64,000 nt of DNA from the NCBI RefSeq assembly GCF_009914755.1, contig NC_060926.1. The stretch is one strand, 5' to 3'. The translations under genes were made by a program, and so were the position numbers. Origin of the DNA: the human T2T-CHM13v2.0 reference genome, Homo sapiens. The notes under the pieces are model-generated. The model did no database searches. It saw nothing but the letters and a program-made list of their open reading frames with translations, and was not told the DNA's origin. Positions within the stretch are counted from its first letter, which is position 1; the number at the start of each line of letters is the position of its first letter. Shown one piece after another: positions 1 through 14,790 of the stretch.

Positions 1-322
1 TCTAGGTGTCCCTAATATATGGGCATGGATTTTCCCCCTTTTAGTTCCTCTTTGTGTTCTCATTGTAATACTCATATTTGGTCCATGTGTACTTAACCTC
101 CTTGTAAAATTTGTTTTTTCTCGCCTAGAGGCCATCAAACTCCAAGTGGTCATGCAAATGGAACCTCGGTTGATGGCTCTCTTTTACCAGGGGACACTTA
201 GATAGGCCTCTAAGAGAGACCTGACTGCTGTTTCCCAAAACAACACCCTCTGTCAGCATGAAGCAGAACAGTCATCACCCCTATCCGAACAGCAGTTAGA
301 TATACCTCTTCAGAGCGGGGAT
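1..322 (+). mobile_element. ERV1 internal 3' end: env TM/cytoplasmic-tail remnant and polypurine tract
   Basis: Frame 2..205 reads WAWIFPLLVPLCVLIVILIFGPCVLNLLVKFVFSRLEAIKLQVVMQMEP, the typical gammaretroviral env motif FGPC-LN-LVKFV-SR-EAIKLQ. PPT-like AGAGCGGGGAT precedes the LTR. Confidence 0.85.
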
Positions 323-736
323 TGATGGCGGTAGGAGGCAGGTAAATTCTCAGATGAAACTCAACCTTCAAGCCAAGGACAGTCGAAAGCCTGAAAACCA
401 AGCTACAAGTTCTGGATAAATCCATGGACTAGAGAGCTCTCATTCCTGTTTGGCATGCTCTCTCCTGATTGGTCCTTATCCTTCACCTACTTTACATATA
501 CCTGCCCTTCCCCAGTTGGTCCTCTACACTATCGTGCCTATTTCTAAATGGTGCTTTTTCAAGCATACCCACAGACCAATCAGCATGTACCTCCCCCATT
601 TCAAGCCCATAAAAACCTCTAGACTCAGCCTCGTGGCTGGCAACCCACCTTCGGGTCCCCTCTCGCTGTTGAGAGCTTTCTTGTCACTCATTAAATTCTA
701 CTCTGCCTTACTCAGGGAAAAAAAAAAAAAAAAAAA
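323..736 (+). mobile_element. ERV1 3' LTR (LTR1/LTR27/LTR28/MER61-like group), U3-R only, ending in poly(A)
   Basis: Starts TGATGGCGGTAGGAGGCAG. ATTAAA at 690-695 and A19 at 718-736. Homologous to the solo LTR at 57664-58457. Confidence 0.75.
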
Positions 737-939
737 GCAATGGGAGATCATTAATTAAATGGCTTTGACCAGGGAAGTGACATACTCTGATTTATGCTTT
801 AGAAAGATTATTCCATGTACTATGAGACAAATGGACTTAGAAGTACAAGAATGAAGAAAGAAGAGCAAATAGAGCAATTAGGAGCTACTACAATAGCCAG
901 CCAAGGCACAAAGCCAGGCACTGGGAGCACAGGTCTCAC

Positions 940-1211
940 CTTGGTCAAGTAGTCATGGATATTGAGAGTCGCCAGCTTGGTAAGGTGCCCATTCAAACCC
1001 AGAGCCATGAGAAAGCCAGCATACTCATTGGCCAACTCAGCATGCTTGGGCTTATTGTAAACAATCCAAGCTGAGTCGATCTGGGAGGCAGGAGCTATCT
1101 TCAGGCCAGCAGCCACACCATTATGAAAGCTGGCCCAGCTTGTCATATTGGGAGGCACATCGATGTTTCCACTATTAAGGTCTACTGTTGTGTTCCGAGG
1201 AGGGGCACGCC
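940..1211 (-). pseudogene. ANAPC1: ANAPC1-derived exon D (272 nt, phase 1 to phase 0)
   Basis: Acceptor GGATAG|GG and donor AAG|GTGAGA. Encodes GRAPPRNTTVDLNSGNIDVPPNMTSWASFHNGVAAGLKIAPASQIDSAWIVYNKPKHAELANEYAGFLMALGLNGHLTKLATLNIHDYLTK (APC1 PC domain). Confidence 0.93.
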
Positions 1212-1652
1212 CTATCCAGCCAAACGAAGAACATTGAGAGAATAAAAATCCACAAAACCAAGATTGTTAAATTTAGATCTTTGAGACTAAGATTACTTAC
1301 GTTTTCTACATTCAAAACCATTAGCCCCATAATGCCTGGAACGTTAGGTCTCTATGACCACTTAAAACTTTTGTACATGTGAGTCAAACTTAATGGAACT
1401 GGAAAAACCTTCACTGTCTAAACAGTTCATTGTCCTTTTTGTTAAAATGTATGAGGCTATGTAATGAGATAACTGATACCAATTTAACATTATACAGAGA
1501 TGACTGGGATAATCACTCATTTTTTCTTTCAAACAGAGAGCTTAAAAACCAAAATGAAGACTAACATCACTGTTAAACTATACAAGTTATAAATCCCAAC
1601 ATCTGATGACACTGATGTTAATTTCAAATGTTCTATCCTATATTTTCCCCTA

Positions 1653-1889
<237 letters not shown>

Positions 1890-4414
1890 CTATATATGCC
1901 CCCTTCTCTCTCTTTTTTTCTCTCTCTCTCTATATATACATACAGATATAGATATCTAATTATATGCTATCGTTTAAAATGCTTAGAGATAGTTTTGTAA
2001 AAAGCATCCTTTTATAGACTTGAGTCACCCAGTGAACTTCAAAAGGGCATTCACCAGATTATACTTTTACGGTCCATTTATTTAAGAACAATGTAAATTA
2101 TATGTTCACAATGCTATATGTTCCCTACGAATTTTTTCTTGATTCTTTTCTTTTTGATCTACATTATACACAGCAAACATTGAATCTTTTTAAATATATT
2201 TTGAATATTGTCTTAAGTCATGGATAAAATAATTAACATAAATATTTTAATTACTGCATAAAGTTATCCATTTCACTGCAGCTTTAAAAATACCATTTTT
2301 AAAGAGTTCTAAGATGTTATGTAAAATAAATTTTAAGTAGATGCAAAGTGTCTTATTTGTAGCATGTACACATACACACACAAAGCACAAAGTAAGACTT
2401 ATTTGTCTTTACTATATGCTTTTTGTACCTAAAAGCTAACTCAACTGCTAGTGTTAGCACCACAATGAGTAATAAGTTCATAAGTTACACTTGTACTTTC
2501 TCAAAAAAGGCAGACATATCAATATGAAAAAACTGAGTGACCTTTCTGAAACATTCATTCATCATATGCAAGAGACATAATATTTATACACGAGAGAAAA
2601 TAAAATGCAAAGGGTAAGGTAAATTTTCTTCAATGAGAATAACAACATACAAAAGTACAACAGGCCACATCAGTGTGGGTTAAGCAACTATTTAAGAAAA
2701 TATTCTTTCCTAAATTAAGAGGATAACCTTTCTTTTTGGCCTACCAGAATGACTAAAAGAATAAAATGTTGGATTAATGTCATAAACACATTTTAAATCA
2801 TGCAAATTCAATTAAATGTATTCAGAAAAAAAGATGCATGTATATATTTTTTAAACCCACCCAAGTATCACTTGAGTGCTAAATCACCCAGATTGAATAC
2901 ATTTTAACATTTGCCAATTTTGCATTAGATTTTCTTTTTAATCTGCACTTAGTATATGAAATCTTTCATATAAACAGTTGGAAAGACTACTAAAATGAAC
3001 ATCTATATACCATGCCTTCCATCAAGAATCAATAATTGTTAAAATTTTGCCATAGGTGCTTTACCTCTGAGACAATTTAAATATTAAAAGCCACTCTGCT
3101 CACTATGTCCCTCAGTGAGATTAGGGCTCAGAATAAGCATGGTATGGAGATGGGAATGTGTTCTTTCACTTAGTCAATCTCATTTCCTGCATGCTGCTCA
3201 AAGCACAAGCTTTTCACAAATCTGAGTGGAACTCTGGATTTTTTAAAGTATGCAATTTAAAATACTGTATAATTATGTTTGCATATATTATGTACTATTT
3301 ATCATATATTAAATTATACATTATATGCTACCACATATACTATACACTACTACAACATACATTATACATACATTTTGTATAGGTTTCACAAAACCATATA
3401 TACTATAATAGAGTTTCAGTGATAATTTCAACTATGTAATTGTCACCTTTAGAACACATTCAAATCAGCATTAGGGGGACATGCACTATAAAATTCATTG
3501 TAATCAAGATTATAACTACAGTTATATATGGCAGAAATAAAAACTTGTGCCAGCCAGAAAGGCAATTTGACATGTTCCTTAAAACCATTCATCTTGCTGT
3601 CCTAAGAGTTCTACTTCTAAGCATTTAGCCTAAATACACAGGACGAATACGCCCCAACAATGTTTATAATACCAAAAAACTGTAATTTCCAACAATACCA
3701 GGCTGCTTCTATAAACTATGGTATATCCGCTGAATGAAATACTCTGAAGCAAATAAAAATGAATGTATTGATTAAAAACACGTGTATACAATACATACAC
3801 ATAATTATAAACACATACATTTATTTGCTAGATATAAAAGGATGTTCACTGTAAATTTTTAAAAAAATCTAAAATAGATATAAATTTTCTGATAATTAAA
3901 CAAATATAAAATTATAAATATGTGGAAATAAACTTAGTAAACATATATACTAAAATGTTAAAAGGAGTGATGCAGAAGAGTGGGAGTACTGCAAGTGACC
4001 ATTGTTTCTCTTTTTGCTTAGTACATTTCTTGATTTATACAATGATCATCTGTTTAAACTATGACGTAAGACATTTTAAAACTAAATATTTTTACATATT
4101 AAACTTAAGATTATTTAAAATTCAAGTCTCATCGTTATCAATAATATCTTTCTGAACTTCTCCAAGTGACTTTTTAGATCTTGAAATCACCTCATTAAAA
4201 AGCAAAAATGAGTAATGAACTATATTCTGCTTCTCTCAAAGTTTAGTTTCACATGGCATTTGAGCTTTGATAACCACTACAGCAGCTATTAGGAAAATTT
4301 TAAATCACTGGGGATAGAGGGAGCATTTCTTTTGTTTTAACTAATTTAAAGAACTACACTTAATGCATGTACTTAATCATTTTCCTTTCTCATTGAGCCC
4401 AGAATTTAACATAC

Positions 4415-4533
4415 CAGTCAGATTCAATTTAGGAATAGGCAATGGCTCTGTTGGAACAGGATGGTACGAAAACAAGGTAAACATTCCTCGTCCTACAGGA
4501 AGAGCCATAGTTCGCTGACACAATTGGAGCAAT
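4415..4533 (-). pseudogene. ANAPC1: ANAPC1-derived exon C (119 nt, phase 2 to phase 1); too short for the ORF track
   Basis: Acceptor TTACAG|A and donor ACTG|GTATGT. Hand translation gives LLQLCQRTMALPVGRGMFTLFSYHPVPTEPLPIPKLNLT. Confidence 0.92.
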
Positions 4534-5604
4534 CTGTAATTAAAGTAAAAACCAACATGTGAAAATGTTTAAAGCAAAGAGCAATTGAAATATCATCTGT
4601 AAGTATTTCAAAAGAAGGTGTACTGTATAAGATGAAGTTGTCTCAAAGTAAATTCATACACAGATGTGAGTGAACTACCCAAACATGATTATTTTCATTT
4701 TAATATTCTTGTTCCTATTACACTCTTAGGGAGAGACATATTTCCTCTGTTTTGTTTCATATTTACATTGAATGAAAACCACCTGGCCTATAAACCAAGC
4801 CGACTCTCTCTAGGCATTCAAAAAAAAAAAAGAAATTTAAAATTCCACTCCGATGGATGCTAACCTTCTCAAAGGAAAATACAGTACTTTTGGGGTTTTT
4901 ATCACTGTGTTAATTTCAGTCTAGCTGTCCTCAGTACATGTGGGATCCTCCTCCCATCCCTTTTGCCAATACAGCCTCAGAAGTACCATTTCTGTGGCCT
5001 GTACACAAGAAAAGAAACAAGGTCCTTGTGTTAGAGGTGAATGGATTTCATGGTGTCTCCAAGGGAAATACAGATTGGTTTCACTTACATGATGGCTAGA
5101 TTTATAGGACTAATACCATTATGTATCAGGTATGTTCAAGGTTAAAATGGTTTCTGTTGGCTCTACTGTGAAATTAATACACCACTCTTCAACTTCTTCC
5201 TATGTTAAAATAGCTTAACATTCCATATAGCCACTTAAAAAAAACTAACAGAAATTTTGGAAGTAGGGCATTTATAACTAAGAAACGCCTATACAAGCTA
5301 TATCTGAAGACACAGAAATATCCCTTCAGAGGCTGACAACTGACAAACATTTTCTCTGCAGACAAAGCTATTCATAAGCATACTCCCTCCTTAACTGGAC
5401 ACACATAACTGCTTTTCTAGCTAACTGGAAAGAAAAATTTTGCTGTCTTAAAGATTCTCTGGGAACACAACCGCAACATTAATTTGGGATCAGGAAAATT
5501 CAAAGCCAAGAGTCTGTTGCAACCCATAGAATTTTTTTAGAGGAAATCTTACACATAATTCACTTCAACTTTGCACAAGTAACAAAATTATAATGAGGAC
5601 AATA

Positions 5605-6010
5605 TTATATCCCCTGAATATAAGATGCCACTCATAAGATGTATCATTATTTCATGAGAAACTAAGAAAGAAAAAGCACTGCCAATTAAACTATGACGCC
5701 TGTTCACTGAAATACACAACTGATTTCAGAGATATTAAAAAGTGAAAAAACTTGCATCTTAGAATCAATGAACTCTACTACTAATAATGGCTGACTGCAC
5801 TGAGCTTTACTATGTATTGAGCAGTATTCTAAGTGCTATGTAAAAATAATTCACTTGATACACAGCACCATCCCATGAAGTATGCCTACTTTTACAAATG
5901 AAGAAACTGAGGCAACAAGAGGTAAAGTAATTTAACCAAAGTCACCCAGCACAGCATGGCCATGCCTGGCTCTAGAGGCCATGCTCATAAATCCTATGCT
6001 CTAAACTCAA
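5605..6010 (-). mobile_element. MER104-like DNA transposon fragment followed by a MIR
   Basis: TGCATCTTAGAATCAATGAA terminus, then the MIR core TTTACAAATGAAGAAACTGAGGC. Confidence 0.55.
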
Positions 6011-6815
6011 CTTCTGTCACTCCATCTTTTTATTCACAGGTGACTAATAACTGGGTACATGTGGAGAGGAAACAGTTAATAGGGAAATCACAACTAATTC
6101 AGATCTTCAGCAGCCTGTGGCTAAGTGTGGGTGATGGTTCCCCTCAAAACAGTACCATAAAAAAAGTAAAGAGAACTAGAAAACAGTGGCAGATGAATGA
6201 TAGATGATAGAGACAAGCAGATAAAAGAACAGGAGAGAATTTTAAAACAGAAGTGTCCCAAGAGAATAGCTCTGGAATGTCATAGGCATGTGAGTCTTAT
6301 AATGTATCAAGGGATGTATCCTGTGCAGGGGAGTGGCAGAAGAAAGGCTTATCTATTTTTATTTGGAGTATCATCTATCATATCCAAAAAAAAAAAAATA
6401 CTCATACAAGTTTAAACTACACTAAAAACCCCACTAACCTCAAAATCTATTCCTGATCAAGACACAGAAAAACAAGTCCAGTGTTTTCTTTGTTTGTAAA
6501 TTCTTAAGGTAACTATCAGGCAAAATAGTTTTACATTCACCTTTTCTAAAGAGTAAAGTGTTATATGTATTTCAAGAGGAGGACGATATGAAATACAACA
6601 ATTACGTCCTCAAAAGCCAAAGACATTTTGCTAACACACGTGGTTTGTTGAAGTTGGATGAAAACTTAAAACACAGGGCATATTTTCACTTGAAAGTATC
6701 TTTTAAATCTCTTTAGGGTTTTAAGTGCTAAAAACTTGAAGGAAAAACAAATATACACAAGACACAAATGTAACAATGAAACATGACAAGAGATAGTGCA
6801 CGTGTTTTCTTTCAC

Positions 6816-7030
6816 CTGTTTTCCTTTTCCTCGATGAACTCGTGGTCACTGAGCTCTGGGTACTGCACTACATTGACACGGACAGGATGCGCACTCTGAA
6901 GAAGCCTTCGCACACCCTGCACCCTTAAATCTTCACTCCATATTAATGACATGACCTCGTGATTCATGTCATTCATGCCGTCATCTTCCTCCTCAGTTTC
7001 TGTTCCTGAAGGAACATCTGATGAGAGCAC
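6816..7030 (-). pseudogene. ANAPC1: ANAPC1-derived exon B (215 nt, phase 0 to phase 2)
   Basis: Acceptor ACTCAG|GTG and donor AACAG|GTGAAA. Encodes VLSSDVPSGTETEEEDDGMNDMNHEVMSLIWSEDLRVQGVRRLLQSAHPVRVNVVQYPELSDHEFIEEKENR. Confidence 0.93.
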
Positions 7031-7227
7031 CTGAGTAACAGACTTTATTGTAATAATAATTTCAAAAGCAGTTAACATGCACTTGCTGAACATGAGGATA
7101 TATAGGCTGATGTGTCATGACTATACTAGCACAGAGAAAATATGTTTTCCAAAGCAGGCATGGGTTGGAGCCGCAATGTATACTGGGACTCTAATCTACA
7201 AATCTTTCTAAAAAGTACTATATTGCT

Positions 7228-7597
<370 letters not shown>

Positions 7598-7863
7598 TTA
7601 AATTTAGGACAACAGTCAAGGGGCTGGATACAAACAGAGAAATATTCTGAATAAACTATAAAAAAAAATCTAACTCATCCTGATCATTTTAAAAAAGAAA
7701 TTATTGCAAGTAGAATATGAATACTAGTCACTGCTAATAATGCTAATTTAAATATTGTCTGTTCATTAATAGAAGGAGAAGGAAAAAAGCCTGAAAGGAT
7801 ATACACCAAGGGTTGGGGGAAGTCACACAATGAAATACTTTCTTACTTTACTACTTTTAATAG

Positions 7864-8294
<431 letters not shown>

Positions 8295-10041
8295 AAAGTG
8301 CTGAGATTACAGGCATGCGCCACCACACCCAGCCAGTTTTCACTATTTTTTAAAAAATGTGTTTCCAATAAAAATTTCTTAGAAGGAAAAGTACTGAACT
8401 GCAGCGAAACAAGTAAGAGGGTAAATTCCTTGATTGTCATCATGTTCTAAGCCCAGCATGTGCTTTAATATGGGGCTTCCCAGTCCAAATAATTAAATCT
8501 AACTGCAACACAGATGTGAATTGCATGGAATCATATCATATTCTCTCAAAAACAGTATTATACTCTTTTAACAAAAGAATAACTCCAAGTTGAAATGTTA
8601 AAGTTTTGCAACATTTAATGTGAAACCAACAAGGTCAGCCTGAAAAAAAAGTAGATACGACCAAATAATCACTTTTAGTTCCTAAAAATTCATTTTTAGT
8701 TCCTATAAAATATCTAATTTAAAAAAAAAACTGTATTCTAATGGGTGAGTTAGCTATAAAACATAGTCTCAAACAGTGACAAAATAAATTTAGATGGGAT
8801 TAATTATAAAATGTAGCCTCAAATAACTGAACAAACTGTATTTAGACATAATTACTTAAAATCACGTTCAAATACAGATTAATGTTTTAATGCTAATGGT
8901 GCTGAACTGCTCTCTCTCACAGGAAAATCATTTTATAAGCAAAAAGATTTGTTTTCTGTTTAAAACAGGATGTAAATACTAATTCAACAAAGAGCTGTGA
9001 TAGAGGCGCAGATTAAAGGAGAGAGATGCTGGGATGACCCTGCTGGAGATCAGATGCCCATGGAAACTGACTCCGGCATGGGTACACATTAGGCAACTCT
9101 GAGGTTAGGAATAAGTTTTGATATAGGCTCTGAAGAAGTAGTAATAAGACCTAAGGTGACTCGTAGTTACAATGTACTGATTATTATGTATTGATTCAAA
9201 AGCTACTAAGAGGTAAGGCCAAATTCCCACTGTCTTCTCAGGGACATGAACATAAAAGAGTCACCAGGAGTGGAATTATTATTCCTGAATCCTCCTTGAT
9301 GAGATTCTACTGTTCATTTTTTAAAGTTACCTAGAATTCTAGAATAAGTTTTAAAAGTTTCATTTTCAAGTTTTGAGGATGATTTAAAAAGATAATTGGA
9401 GAGTAATGAAATAATTTAACTTTCTACTTGCAGGATTCCTAGAACTCATTTAAAAAAAAAAACAGACTTGATGACTGATGAAAGACAGTATTTCGGGAGG
9501 GATAGCTTAAGACATGTTTTTAAACAACTCTACTGAAAAAAACACATTTTTTCCCTGGGGCTGCAGTTTTATGTGATTAAACAAATATGTTTACACCTAT
9601 TTAAAAGGTTAAATTCAAAAAATTCAACACATCAAAAAATATGCAGTAGAAAATACTTATATATAATTACTCATCCAAATTCAGGATATATGTGCTCTCC
9701 CTTTTCCTATGTAATAATTACAAAGTGGTTAATTACTAATATGGTACAAGTAGGGAAATAGCCATGGTAGTTTCCATGACTACCCTCAGGACTTGTCCTG
9801 ATTCAAGGCAAAGAAAGATCCAGGCACAAGACAGAACATTCACAAAATCTCCTGCTCCTAATGCTCATCTTAACAATTAATAAGACGCGTACAATTACAA
9901 ACCCCGTCTGGCATATAATATAAAAGACAAGCTAATATATATACTTAGAAAAAGCCTTAAAGGAAAATGAAGAACATTTCTACTTTATGATTTTATTTAA
10001 GGCTAAAATTGGAACTCTGAACTTTCTATGTTGATACTCAC

Positions 10042-10220
10042 AGACTTCCCTTTGGGTAAGTTTCCTTCGCAGGCCTGCTTGGAAAGATCCTGACGTCCAA
10101 TCAAGAGACAGACAGCTTCTGGCCAGTCTGAGGCAGGCTGTTCACGACAGTGATAAATTGCATCTCTGATGGGAAGAGCAATTCCAAAGGGAAGAGTTTC
10201 CAAATCTCTTAAAGTGAATC
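10042..10220 (-). pseudogene. ANAPC1: ANAPC1-derived exon A (179 nt, phase 1 to phase 0)
   Basis: Acceptor CATTAG|GA and donor TCT|GTGAGT. Encodes (G)FTLRDLETLPFGIALPIRDAIYHCREQPASDWPEAVCLLIGRQDLSKQACEGNLPKGKS of APC1. Confidence 0.93.
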
Positions 10221-10399
10221 CTAATGGTTAAAGGAAGAGAGAAAAATTTTAATTTAGACTCGCCACTGTCCCAATTATCCTGACTGAAGTTGGCAACAAT
10301 ATCTATCCTGACAAATAAGTTCATTTTATTCATCTTACTACCAGACTAATGTCTTGACATCAAGGACTAGTATAGGAAGTCTCTTTGAAAGAACTTGTA

Positions 10400-10872
<473 letters not shown>

Positions 10873-12884
10873 AAGAGCAGAAGAAGATTCTGATCATCAT
10901 GACAGGACAAAAAACATAAACTAGGAAACAGGGACATACATGGCATATATGGTCACCCTACCAGCTGCAGAAAGCATAATTGGTGAATTATTTGCCCAAC
11001 TGCTCCAGATCCTGGTCAGTAGCCCACACACTAGAATTATAGTTGCTGAGCCCATCCCCCCTTATTCCAAGAATCTCTGATTGGCTGCCTTGGAAGCTTT
11101 AGCTCTTCTCACTGTCATACCACCTTTGGTTCTACTGTCCAAATGCTGACCTTCTGTTATAACTGCAGGCAGCCTGGTGGTCAAGCAGATGTCCCCAAGA
11201 ACTTCCTGGGGTTCTCTCTGAACTTTGAGCCATTTAGAATCACCAGGATGCCTTGGTCACTGTCAACATCAAAATGTGAATCTTCTTAGACACCACCGGT
11301 AGTTACCGTACCTCTAGAGGAACTGAGGGTTCTTCACCCACAAATGAAGACCATCTCTAAAGTGCCCCATCACATTCTAGAAGGATACAGCTGCTGGAAG
11401 AAAATAAAGTGTCCCACCACCACTCCCACAGTTCTTAAGCTCATACACACCAACAACCACTCCAGGAACCAACTGAAGACTTCAAATATCATAGTACCAG
11501 AGAGGGTTGATGCCAAACCCACTTCTAAAACTGTGTTCACTCTCTTGGAGTTACCAAACAGGCTTCACAACCTCAAAGCCATTTCACAATCTCCCCAAAG
11601 TCTCAATCTCCCCACAGTCTCCCCAGTCACAATCTCCCCAAAGTCTGCCTTCCCAGACTTTGCTGGTGACTGCCATCACTGACATAACAACGTGGCTGGA
11701 ACCCTGCTGCTGCCAAAACCACCCTCCGACTCTCTGGCCAAGTCAAACCCCTCACACCACTATGGGAGTAGTGAGAACTCTCTGAAAGGCCACTAACACT
11801 TCTGTAAGCCACAACTACCAAAACAAGTCCTCTGAGCCCATGCCACTCACAGTCTTGTCATACCACACCTACCAGTGAACAGTATTGCCTTATAAGCATA
11901 TAGTTCTGACTCAAGCAGCGTCAAGCCTAGCCTTTTCACAGGATAATTTCTAACAGTTGGGTCTACCCATGAGTTACACGAACCACTCTCCAGATTCAAT
12001 GAGCTTCTATTACCTCTGTTACAACTATCACTCTTGTGAGTACAGACTAAGTTAACTCATAAGACTGTTTAGAAGATGCCTTTGCTACAAAGGGCACTCC
12101 TCGAAAGTTCTTCCTACCCTCCCAGACATTTACGATGTGTGAAGAGAAATGCCCCAACCAGTCACAATCTCCCCAATGTTTGAAGTAGTCAGAGGTATCA
12201 CACAGTAACCTTGAACTACTTCTCTTAGGTGCCAATAGGACTATGAACTCCATGAATAAAATCAGCTGGTACTAAAAATGGTAACTGCTTATAAGTCAAC
12301 CACCAGGTCAAAGATGGCTTACTCAAAAAATGTCACAAGAAAAAAAACATCAAATCAAAGTGACCAGCCTCACTGCCTAGCAACCAACCCACTCACTCAT
12401 TCACACAGAAGGCAAAATTGAAAGGTAGCTGGGACGCCCATAGGAAGAAAACAGTTAGGATGATGCAGGGGAGACTGATACAAGGCTGTTATTCTAATCA
12501 TCCCATAACAGAGACAGAGTCACAGCTAGGGAATTATTCAGGAATTAGGAAAAGTTACTTCTGGTAAACAAACTCCCACATACTGGGTTAAAATTTCTTT
12601 GGAACTTTATTTATCATGACCCTAGGAGCTCTAGTCATATATGCAAATGGATAAACAACAAAGCTATAAAAGCAGAGGGTTTTAATTTTGCTTTTATTTT
12701 TTAAATAATAGCAACAAGGAACTTTAGTAAGAATAACATAGTAAAACTAGACCTGTAAAAGTCATCAAAAGCAAACATGACAGGAATAGCATAAAGTAAT
12801 TTGTGAAAGCTAGTATTATCAAAGCACTGACAGAAGAAAAAGAATGATGCTAAAAAATACAAAACACTTCTTTCAATACCATAC

Positions 12885-13027
12885 CTTATCAATGGCTTTT
12901 CCAACCCGAGAAACACTGCTGTGGATGTCTTTGTGGTCGGAGGCCAATTTTTGAACAGTATCCTTTATTCTTTTACAGCACTGTGTCAAAACAAGTGAAA
13001 GTGTCCCTGATAATTCAGCATCTTGGC
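12885..13027 (-). CDS. RMND5A: RMND5A-derived exon 2 (143 nt, phase 1 to phase 0)
   Basis: Acceptor TTTTATAG|GC and donor AAG|GTATGG. Translates [48 protein letters not shown]. 142+143=285 nt=95 codons. Confidence 0.95.
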
Positions 13028-13491
13028 CTATAAAAAAACAAAGGAAGGATTGGTTACTCACTTAAGCAAACCCAAAGATGGCAAGTTTCTAATGGGCCTT
13101 TTGGACCATGAAAGATGGAAGAAAAGTGAAGAAAAACCAGTATCTGCTTTGAAGCTGATGGTCACATTCATAGATGTGATTTTTCAAATGGATACTCAGA
13201 AAGATATAATTTTTTTATTTTTTGGAAATAAGAAAATTTTACTGTGAAAGGAATCATTTTTATCATTACAACAACCAGCACAGGCTGTGAATAATACTGT
13301 CAAGGCAGTATTATTTTTGAGAAAATATGTCTAAGTGAATAAACTCACTTATTAAACCCAGTTACACTGTTCAAGTCATTCTCAAAACGTTCTGGTTGTT
13401 ACTAAATTTCCTCAAGAGAGATGATTTAGTGCAAATGCTTCATATTCCATATAAAGAGGTAGAAGAAAACAAACTTCCCTGGGTACCACGA

Positions 13492-14444
13492 TGTGCAGAA
13501 AGGAGTTAACACAGCAGGTCATAGACTACTACCCTTAGAAAGTCCTGCTTACAAAGTCACCTCTTGGCTGGCATATAGAAACCTGGGAGTTTGGGAGTGT
13601 TCCCATCACTCCCTAACTCAGTGTTCCCCAACCTTTTTGGCACTAGGGACCAGTTTCGTGGAAGACATTTCTTCCACGGACGAGGGCTGGGGGGAATGGT
13701 TTCAGGATGAAACTGTTCCACCTCAGATCAGGCGTTAGTTAGATTCTCCTAAGGAGCACGTGAGCCAGATCCCTCGAATGTGCAGTTCACAACAGGGTTC
13801 ATGCCCCTATGAGAATCTAATGCTGCCGCTGATCTGACAGTGGGTGGAGCTCAGGCGGCAATGCTCGTTCACCGCTGCTTGCCTCCTGCTGTGCACGGCC
13901 TGGTTCCTAACAGGCCACAGAGGGGTACTGGTCCATACCCGGGGGTTTGGAGACCCCTGCCCTAGCTGAAAAGAATGGCTCATTGTGCCTAAACTGTTGT
14001 ACAGTGTGATTTATGGTGAACATCTGCTTTCCTTCTGGGAATCTAGAATTTTGATACATGCTAGGCAGTGAGTACCTGGCTTTCTCCTGGCTTGGAGAAA
14101 GCTTCCAATAGTCCTCTCCCAGTGAAGTCACATGGAATATGCTTAATTCCTGCAGCCATGGTTTGTGAGAAGTGTTAAGTGTTGCCTACCAGGGAAGCTC
14201 ATTAGAAGCTCAGTGCCCAGGGTTTTTATTGGGGGCTGGTCACCAGGGCACCCACTGCCTAACTCTGGACTGCCTAACTTTGGACTTTGGACTTCTGCCC
14301 CATGAGTCTTTTCCCTTTGGTGATTTTGCTTTACACCCTTTTGCTGTAATAAATTCTAGCTAAGAGTATGATTATATGCTGAATTGTGTGACTCCTTTTA
14401 ATGAATCACTGGAACCTAAAGGTGGTTTTGAAGACCCCTGACAC
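13492..14444 (+). mobile_element. MER21C-like LTR interrupted by MER1B
   Basis: Starts TGTGCAGAAAGGAGTTAACACAGCAGG and ends GACCCCTGACACA. Confidence 0.7.
13619..13959 (+). mobile_element. MER1B hAT-Charlie element
   Basis: CAG...CTG terminal inverted repeats and an 8-bp TSD CCCTAACT/CCCTAGCT. Confidence 0.85.
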
Positions 14445-14659
14445 ACATGAGATCAACCAAAAGTTACTACAGTTTACATCCTTTCCCTGAGCTACCTCCC
14501 TCCAAATTTTGTTCCTATAGCAGGAAAAAAAGGAGGAGAAGGGAGAAAAAGAGACAGATAAAACAAACCCAGTTATGGTATTTGTCATTTCTCTCTCTAT
14601 CTACGTATTCCCACCTGTAAGCAACAGGCCTGGTTTCTGAAATCCTAACCAACATTATA

Positions 14660-14790
14660 TAGAAGAGCTTCTTGAATTTTAATTTACATCAGAATCACTT
14701 AAAGTTAAAACAAAGTAGCTGGACCCCATCCCCAGAGTTTCTCATTCAATAGGTCCGGGATGGAACCTGAGAATTTAAACAAGGAGCCCA
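14660..14790. mobile_element. MER5A fragment
   Basis: CATCAGAATCAC...CCCAGAGTTTCT.ATTCA.TAGGTC motif. Confidence 0.6.

Noticed and set aside
2-205. Syncytin-like functional env gene
   Set aside because: Only the TM tail is visible, and an extra G near 191 shifts the conserved G-LDRP tail motif out of frame. It is a decayed remnant.
11344-11821. Cluster of overlapping 64-112 aa ORFs in the hybrid intron as a hidden exon
   Set aside because: They show no similarity to RMND5A or APC1, are driven by a low-complexity repeat and have no convincing splice-site pair.
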